The notes beneath the pieces are model-generated. The model was not told where the DNA came from, made no database searches, and saw only the letters and a program-made list of their open reading frames with translations. From positions 1-61,596 of the IMG/VR virus record IMGVR_UViG_3300021090_000021: a DNA stretch of 61,596 bases, one strand, 5' to 3'. How positions within the stretch are numbered: the first letter of the stretch is position 1; each line of letters begins with the position of its first letter. This stretch comes from a virus. Lineage: Duplodnaviria > Caudoviricetes. This document shows, piece by piece, positions 56,890 through 61,596 of the stretch. The translations under genes were made by a program, and so were the position numbers.

Positions 56890-56943
56890 TTTTCCGATTT
56901 TCCGAAATCATGACTTGACCAATTTCTGATTTTCCGAAATACT
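56890..56943 (+). promoter_or_regulatory. OL-like operator pair and PL-like promoter
   Basis: Same 19-bp operator at 56890 and 56922; TTGACC-17 bp-AATACT. Confidence 0.85.
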
Positions 56944-56978
56944 CGATCCCCACGTGAACCACCACGGGGAGCGGGATC

Positions 56979-57203
56979 ATGGCGACAATCACCACGGAAG
57001 TCCTGCACCTTCGAGCGCTTAGAGCAGTGCGCACGGCCGGCCGGCGCGGACTGATCGTTGAGATCGGCTCCGAGACGCGATCGCAGCAGGAGCTCGTCGA
57101 GGAAGGTCACCTTTGGCAGGAGGTCGCGCCTGGGCATCGATACAAATTCACGCTGTCACCGAGCGGCCAGCGCATTCTTGATCAAGCTGATGGAATCGCC
57201 TGA
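56979..57203 (+). CDS. Small wHTH-like protein
   Basis: First gene after the PL-like promoter; L.EEG.L...LSPSGQRIL. Confidence 0.55.
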   Translation: MATITTEVLHLRALRAVRTAGRRGLIVEIGSETRSQQELVEEGHLWQEVAPGHRYKFTLSPSGQRILDQADGIA

Positions 57204-57436
57204 TGCGCACGCCCTCCCCCACCAAACCGACAAAGGTCCGTGCCGGTTTCTACCGTGCCGGCGCCTACTGCATCCACAAGGGCGATCGATGGTGCATCTT
57301 TGAGCGCGATATTTATGTTGCGAGGTTTCGAACGCTCGAAGAAGCGTTTTGGTGGACGCAGAAGCAATCAGCCGACGTCTCCCATCAAGAAAACCGAGGC
57401 CGCCATGACAGCCCTCGCCCGCCTTTCAGACACTGA
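57203..57436 (+). CDS. Hypothetical protein
   Basis: Coupled start; FRTLEEA..W. Confidence 0.45.
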   Translation: MRTPSPTKPTKVRAGFYRAGAYCIHKGDRWCIFERDIYVARFRTLEEAFWWTQKQSADVSHQENRGRHDSPRPPFRH

Positions 57437-57581
57437 TCGCTATCGCACCCGGGACTCCTATGCACCCTGCCCATGCGGCTGCGGCAAGGATGCCGATGCA
57501 CTGATCGACGCTCACAACGGACAGGTCGTCGAGTTCACCTGTCCGGTGAGCGGGGAACGAGCGGAGCCGAAAAATGCGTGA
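57405..57581 (+). CDS. Small Cys-containing protein (CPCGCG)
   Basis: GAGG RBS; possible Zn ribbon. Confidence 0.45.
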   Translation: MTALARLSDTDRYRTRDSYAPCPCGCGKDADALIDAHNGQVVEFTCPVSGERAEPKNA

Positions 57582-57855
57582 CGGCTTCCGCGAGATCGTC
57601 AACGGCTGGACCCTCATCAGTGGCATGGGCGATCTCACCGACCGCATCGAAGCGGCTGCCGAATGGACCAAGACCAACGGCCCGCTCGAGCCCGACGAGC
57701 AGGCGACTATCGAGCTCATGATCAAGGCGCAGATCGCACGCGGCATGCCGGGCCTGATCCGTCAACTCGGCATGGAGCAAGAGTTCGGCCTGCCGCGCGA
57801 CGATGATGACGACGGCGCCGTCGACGACTTCGTGGAGAACCCCTGGCCATGCTGA
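57574..57855 (+). CDS. Hypothetical protein
   Basis: Coupled ORF. Confidence 0.5.
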   Translation: MRDGFREIVNGWTLISGMGDLTDRIEAAAEWTKTNGPLEPDEQATIELMIKAQIARGMPGLIRQLGMEQEFGLPRDDDDDGAVDDFVENPWPC

Positions 57856-57997
57856 CCGAGATCGACCCCGCCCACATCTGCATCGCCGTCCTGGCCGTAA
57901 GCCTGGCGATCTCGCTCTGCATCGTCGCGTTCGCGGCATGTGCGGTCGGTGGGCGTGCCGATCGAACCTCCGGGCAATTTCCGAATGAGTATCCGCG

Positions 57998-58249
57998 ATG
58001 AGCGCTCAACATGAAATTCACAACGAGCTCGCCGGCAAGATCGTCGCGTCGATCGTCAAGCCGCCGTTGGAAGCGGGCGGCCAGCTCACCGACGTCATGG
58101 TGCTGCTGGAGAGCGTGATCCTCGGCGTCGTTCTGATGGCGGTCAAGCTCGGCGGCGATGAGGTCGTGCTCGACGAGGTGATGCTGCACGTCAAGGAACG
58201 CCTCGCCGAGCAGCGGCTCAGCACCATCGAACCCTCTGGTAACGCGTGA
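57998..58249 (+). CDS. Hypothetical helical protein
   Basis: Good codon usage. Confidence 0.55.
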   Translation: MSAQHEIHNELAGKIVASIVKPPLEAGGQLTDVMVLLESVILGVVLMAVKLGGDEVVLDEVMLHVKERLAEQRLSTIEPSGNA

Positions 58250-58253
58250 GATC

Positions 58254-58580
58254 ATGACCACCGAGCCCACCCAGACCCGCGCACCAATGTGTGGCCTCTC
58301 CGATTCCGCACGCGACGCCATGATCGCGATGCTCGAGGAGCCTTTGTTGCACACCATCGTGGGATGGGTGAGGCGCTCGGAAGTCCTAAGCCCGTCACCC
58401 AGCATCATTATCCGTGACGGCACGATCACCATCCTCAAGGCCAGGGAGATTGTATCAGTCAGCGCCAATAATCGCGGCCTCCGATCTGCCGCATCACTCA
58501 CCCGGTATAAGGGTCGCTGGTATGCGCGGACGGCGCTCGCTGACGCTGCCGATCGGCTGGTTGCGGGGATGGGCGGATGA
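58254..58580 (+). CDS. Hypothetical wHTH-like protein
   Basis: TI..L..R.IV...A.LT..G. Confidence 0.5.
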   Translation: MTTEPTQTRAPMCGLSDSARDAMIAMLEEPLLHTIVGWVRRSEVLSPSPSIIIRDGTITILKAREIVSVSANNRGLRSAASLTRYKGRWYARTALADAADRLVAGMGG

Positions 58581-59008
58581 ACGACCCAGTAATTCCAGAA
58601 CGCGTCCGCCTGGCGTTCGAGGGACATAGCTGCCTGCCCCCGGCCGAGCTCGCCCCCTTGCTCAAGGTCGATGTCAAGACCTTGCGCGGGCTCTGCACGG
58701 ATGGCCTGATGCCCTGGCACGTCAAGGGCCGCGGCCGCAAGCGGCAGCATCGCGTGTTCACGCTGGCCGACGTCGCCGAATATTATCGGCGCACGAGCTG
58801 CGAGGGAGTGGGCGCATGTCCGTCTACAAGCACCGGAACTCACCGTTCTGGCAGTTCGATTTCGTCCGCAGTGGTTATCGATTTTCCGGATCGACCGGCA
58901 TCAAGAAGACAAAGCCCAGGCGCGAAGCCGAAGCGGTCGAAAAGGAAGAGTGTCGGGCGGCCGAGCGTCTTGTTGAAGAGATTCGGCGTTCCGGACGGAG
59001 GCCGATGA
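58577..59008 (+). CDS. xis: Excisionase-like HTH protein
   Basis: ELA.LL.V..KTLR....G......G...R.F...DV; overlaps the integrase start. Confidence 0.7.
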   Translation: MNDPVIPERVRLAFEGHSCLPPAELAPLLKVDVKTLRGLCTDGLMPWHVKGRGRKRQHRVFTLADVAEYYRRTSCEGVGACPSTSTGTHRSGSSISSAVVIDFPDRPASRRQSPGAKPKRSKRKSVGRPSVLLKRFGVPDGGR

Positions 59009-59988
59009 CGGTCGCGAACGCGTTCGATCGCTGGTGGACCGAAATCGGGGAGCACCTCTCTGAGACGGATCTGAGAACCAGACTCGACTGGCTGCGCGAC
59101 GAGCTCGGGGCCAAGACGCTGCTGCACGACGTCACCGCCGACGATGTAACCAAGGCCATGACCGCCAGGCGCCTGCATGTGGTGCCGGCCGGCCGCGATG
59201 ACGACGGCAAGCAACTGTATCGCCCGATCGGCGCCCGCACAGTCAATCGCACCGTGCCGATGCTGCTGCGCCGTGTGACGCGCCGCGCCGTCGACCTTTG
59301 GAACGTCGTGATCCTGCGCGAGCCCAAATGGGGCAAGCTTGTCCTGAAGGAGATCAGGCGGCCGATCGAAGAGCTGTCGCTCGCCACCGAGGACGCGCTC
59401 GACGCCCAAGAGCGCGCCGACTACCAGCCCTGCCGGCGGTTCGCGACCATCATGGGGTTGCGCCTCAAGGAAGCGCTGCTGATCTGGCCGCAGGTCGACT
59501 TCGACGCCGCCGAGATCAGGATCGTCGGCAAGGGTGACAAGCCTGCGGTGCTACCGCTGACGCGCGAAGCCTACGAGATCCTGTGGGCCGAGCGCGAGCG
59601 AGATCCGCTGCACGTCTTCACCTTCGAGGCGATGCAGACACAACGCCGGCCGAACGGCGTGCGCTACATCAAAGGCCAGCGCTACCCGATCACCTATTGG
59701 GGGCTCACCTCACATCGGCGCCGCAACTGGAAGAAGGCGGGCGCCCATGGGCGTTTTCACGATCTGCGGCACACGACCGGCCGGCGACATCTGCGCGCCA
59801 CCGGCAACCTCAAGAGCGTCCAGCAGCTGCTACGCCACAGCGACATCTCGACCACCGCCCGCTTCTATGCCGACGTTCTCCTCGAAGACGTCCGCGCCGG
59901 CATGGAAAAGACCGCGGCCGACATTTCGTCCCGTAAGGAGTCCCGGAGGGCAAGGGAAGCACCGGCCAAGGCCTTGAAGAGGCGATAG
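58816..59988 (+). CDS. int: Tyrosine integrase
   Basis: GLR..E, GKG, FHDLRHT, LLRHSDI.TT..Y. Confidence 0.96.
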   Translation: MSVYKHRNSPFWQFDFVRSGYRFSGSTGIKKTKPRREAEAVEKEECRAAERLVEEIRRSGRRPMTVANAFDRWWTEIGEHLSETDLRTRLDWLRDELGAKTLLHDVTADDVTKAMTARRLHVVPAGRDDDGKQLYRPIGARTVNRTVPMLLRRVTRRAVDLWNVVILREPKWGKLVLKEIRRPIEELSLATEDALDAQERADYQPCRRFATIMGLRLKEALLIWPQVDFDAAEIRIVGKGDKPAVLPLTREAYEILWAERERDPLHVFTFEAMQTQRRPNGVRYIKGQRYPITYWGLTSHRRRNWKKAGAHGRFHDLRHTTGRRHLRATGNLKSVQQLLRHSDISTTARFYADVLLEDVRAGMEKTAADISSRKESRRAREAPAKALKRR

Positions 59989-60007
59989 AACATGCGAGCA
60001 CAACAAG

Positions 60008-60055
60008 AGCCTTCTAAGCTGTTGGTCGGAGGTTCGAGTCCTCCCGGGGTCGCCA
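60008..60055 (+). other. att core: 3' half of tRNA-Arg(TCT)
   Basis: Anticodon loop CTTCTAA, T-arm GGAGG-TTCGAGT-CCTCC, ends in CCA; no 5' acceptor strand or D arm upstream. Confidence 0.88.
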
Positions 60056-60210
60056 GTCCCGACGCCAACAAATCCAACATTCATCGGCACTTCCTGGGTG
60101 CCGCGCCGCCAGCGCCTCGCTGCCCCACCGGGAACGCAACGGGCACGAACGGGCGCTACGGGGATATTTCGGGACCCAGAGTCCCGGAAAAACTCCCGGA
60201 ACACCTTATT

Positions 60211-60522
60211 ATGGCGCTGGCCCGCAACATCATCCCCGAGGGCCGCCTGCTGTTCCGTGCCGCCGCCTACGGGATCCTCGCCGTCATCGCCTTCGCGCTT
60301 CCAATCCATGGCGCCTGGTGGGCAGGCCTGCTGCTCGCCTATATGGCGCTGAATCTGATGATCGCGAAAGTGGTGGCCAACGTCAGCGATGCGATCTATC
60401 GCGGGGTGACGCGGCAGCCGCTCGATCGCGAGGTTGCGCGGCAAGGCCGCCGCGATGAACACTTCGACGCCTTAGCCGAGCGCCTGCGTGGTGTGGGCTT
60501 CGTCCAGATCCAAAAGGACTAG
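60211..60522 (+). CDS. Small two-TM membrane protein
   Basis: Two hydrophobic helices. Confidence 0.5.
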   Translation: MALARNIIPEGRLLFRAAAYGILAVIAFALPIHGAWWAGLLLAYMALNLMIAKVVANVSDAIYRGVTRQPLDREVARQGRRDEHFDALAERLRGVGFVQIQKD

Positions 60523-60543
60523 GCCCGAGTCATTGTGTCGCAC

Positions 60544-60593
60544 TGTGCTCTACTAGTTGACACACCTCCCCGACTGTGCTCTATTAGAGCACA
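60544..60593 (+). promoter_or_regulatory. higBA promoter/operator
   Basis: Perfect palindrome tgtgctcta-t-tagagcaca (60575-60593), partial copy at 60544, TTGACA at 60557. Confidence 0.75.
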
Positions 60594-60617
60594 CAAGAGA
60601 CGGGGGGCACGGGCGTC

Positions 60618-60896
60618 ATGATCAGGAGCTGGAAAAGCGCACCACTACGGGAGTTGTTCGAAACCGGAACGGCGCGCCGCATCGATACCAAGCTGCAAAG
60701 ACGCTGCCTCGCACGGCTCACATCGCTAAACCAAGCGACGGACCTGCGGCAGCTTCACCTTCCTGGTTACGAGCTGCACAAGTGGGAAGGCAAATGGGCG
60801 AACAAGTGGTCGATCTCGGTGTCCGGACACTGGCGGATCACCTTCGATTGGATTAATGGGGAGGCCCACGATGTCGATCTTGAGCAACCACACTGA
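60618..60896 (+). CDS. higB: HigB (RelE-family) toxin
   Basis: MIRSW....L.ELF..G, PGY.LH...G....WSI.VSG.WRITF. Confidence 0.93.
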   Translation: MIRSWKSAPLRELFETGTARRIDTKLQRRCLARLTSLNQATDLRQLHLPGYELHKWEGKWANKWSISVSGHWRITFDWINGEAHDVDLEQPH

Positions 60897-60939
60897 CCCG
60901 GCGGAGAGGCTCCGGCCGCCGCCGGCCGGAGACCTCCCG

Positions 60940-61248
60940 ATGGCGACCTATCCCGCCCGCCCGCGTAAGGTAGCGCCGCTGCATCCCGGCGCGGTCGCCG
61001 CCGACGTCCTCGAGGAGCGGCAGGTCTCGCTGCGCCAGGCCGCCAAGGCCATCGGCCTGTCGCCGACCGGCTTGAGCAAGGTGCTCACCGGCAAGAGCCC
61101 GGTGACGCCGGAGACGGCGCTGCGCTTCGGCGTGTACTTCGGTAATGGGCCGGAGATCTGGCAGCGGCTGCAGAACGACTATGATCTGTGGCACGCGGGC
61201 GCGGCCATGAAAGCCGAGCTCAGAAAGATCAAGCCGCTGCAGAAGTGA
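60940..61248 (+). CDS. higA: HigA antitoxin
   Basis: HPG, HTH, VTPE.ALR....FG...E.W..LQ..YDL. Confidence 0.93.
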   Translation: MATYPARPRKVAPLHPGAVAADVLEERQVSLRQAAKAIGLSPTGLSKVLTGKSPVTPETALRFGVYFGNGPEIWQRLQNDYDLWHAGAAMKAELRKIKPLQK

Positions 61249-61305
61249 GGCTGCAGCCCTTGCGGTCGACCTTGCGGAGGGATGCGATCAAAAATGCGAT
61301 ATCTA

Positions 61306-61596
61306 TCAAAGTCGACCTGAACGACGTGAGCGCTGAGCTATCATAGGCCTCATCCCATTGTCGTTTGCCGCCGCTTTATGATTGTCGTTCGCAGCACGTC
61401 GGGGGCGCCATCCCGTCCCCACCTCCCCGCAGCCGACATCCATATCACAGGTCAAATTGTCGAATTGGATGAACCGAACAGCGGCCAGGGTATCGGTGGC
61501 GCCACCGGGTTTTCCCACCGTCGATGACGTGGTGTTCCCGGTCACCGTGAACGAGGACCGGTTGCCGGAATAGACCACGGTGTCGGTGCCGCCACC
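61306..61596 (-). CDS. 3' end of a protein with a serralysin/RTX-like C-terminal beta domain (partial)
   Basis: GGGTDTVVYSGNRSSFTV...TDTL..V..IQFD; tail GWRPRRAANDNH. Confidence 0.65.
   Translation of the reverse strand, partial: GGGTDTVVYSGNRSSFTVTGNTTSSTVGKPGGATDTLAAVRFIQFDNLTCDMDVGCGEVGTGWRPRRAANDNHKAAANDNGMRPMIAQRSRRSGRL

Larger units (their letters stand above)
1..61596. mobile_element. Temperate siphophage genome (lambda-like packaging, Mu gpT-like capsid), near complete, probably in excised/attP form
   Basis: Integrase, repressor/cro, replication, terminase, portal, capsid, tail and lysis modules in lambdoid order; no host housekeeping genes seen. Confidence 0.93.

Noticed and set aside
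59989-60055. Intact tRNA-Arg gene
   Set aside because: 5' acceptor strand and D arm are missing and the anticodon stem is mismatched; treated as the att core
61306-61596. Exact circular join of the window end with the gene at 1-79
   Set aside because: Direct joining puts the two parts out of frame by one base and no terminal repeat is seen, so sequence is probably missing

Overview
A near-complete temperate siphophage genome, probably from an alphaproteobacterium (Rhizobiales-like, judged from GapR-like, GcrA-like and GTA-like tail genes). Most genes are on the - strand. Reading right to left: the 3' end of a fibre/RTX-like gene, higBA, an att site (3' half of tRNA-Arg-TCT with arm repeats on both sides, so probably attP), integrase/xis, and a cI/cro switch with five 19-bp operators. 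Next comes a long early operon with MazG-like, HD, C5-MTase, DUF5131, a complete diversity-generating retroelement (DGR), GapR-like, AAA ATPase, ASCH, ParB-MT-A70, helicase-MTase and a replication initiator with iterons. Then a NusG-like antiterminator, three terminator hairpins, a lambda-like cos/terminase/portal/protease, a Mu gpT-like capsid, the tail (two tandem tube paralogues) and lysis genes. Two things stand out. (1) The DGR has clearly been active: TR and VR are 128 bp with 10 mismatches, all at TR adenines. Its target is a close homologue of BPP-1 Mtd that lacks the N-terminal anchor domain and lies in the early operon, about 30 kb from the tail genes. (2) A distal late-operon cluster of about ten fibre-like, lectin-like or glycosidase proteins, most carrying Sec or Tat signal peptides, several Cys-rich, with shared short terminal motifs. 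It includes a 1371-aa GH9 hydrolase with phage tail-type domains inserted. This suggests appendages or effectors folded outside the cytoplasm. All family calls come from motif recognition, not database searches.
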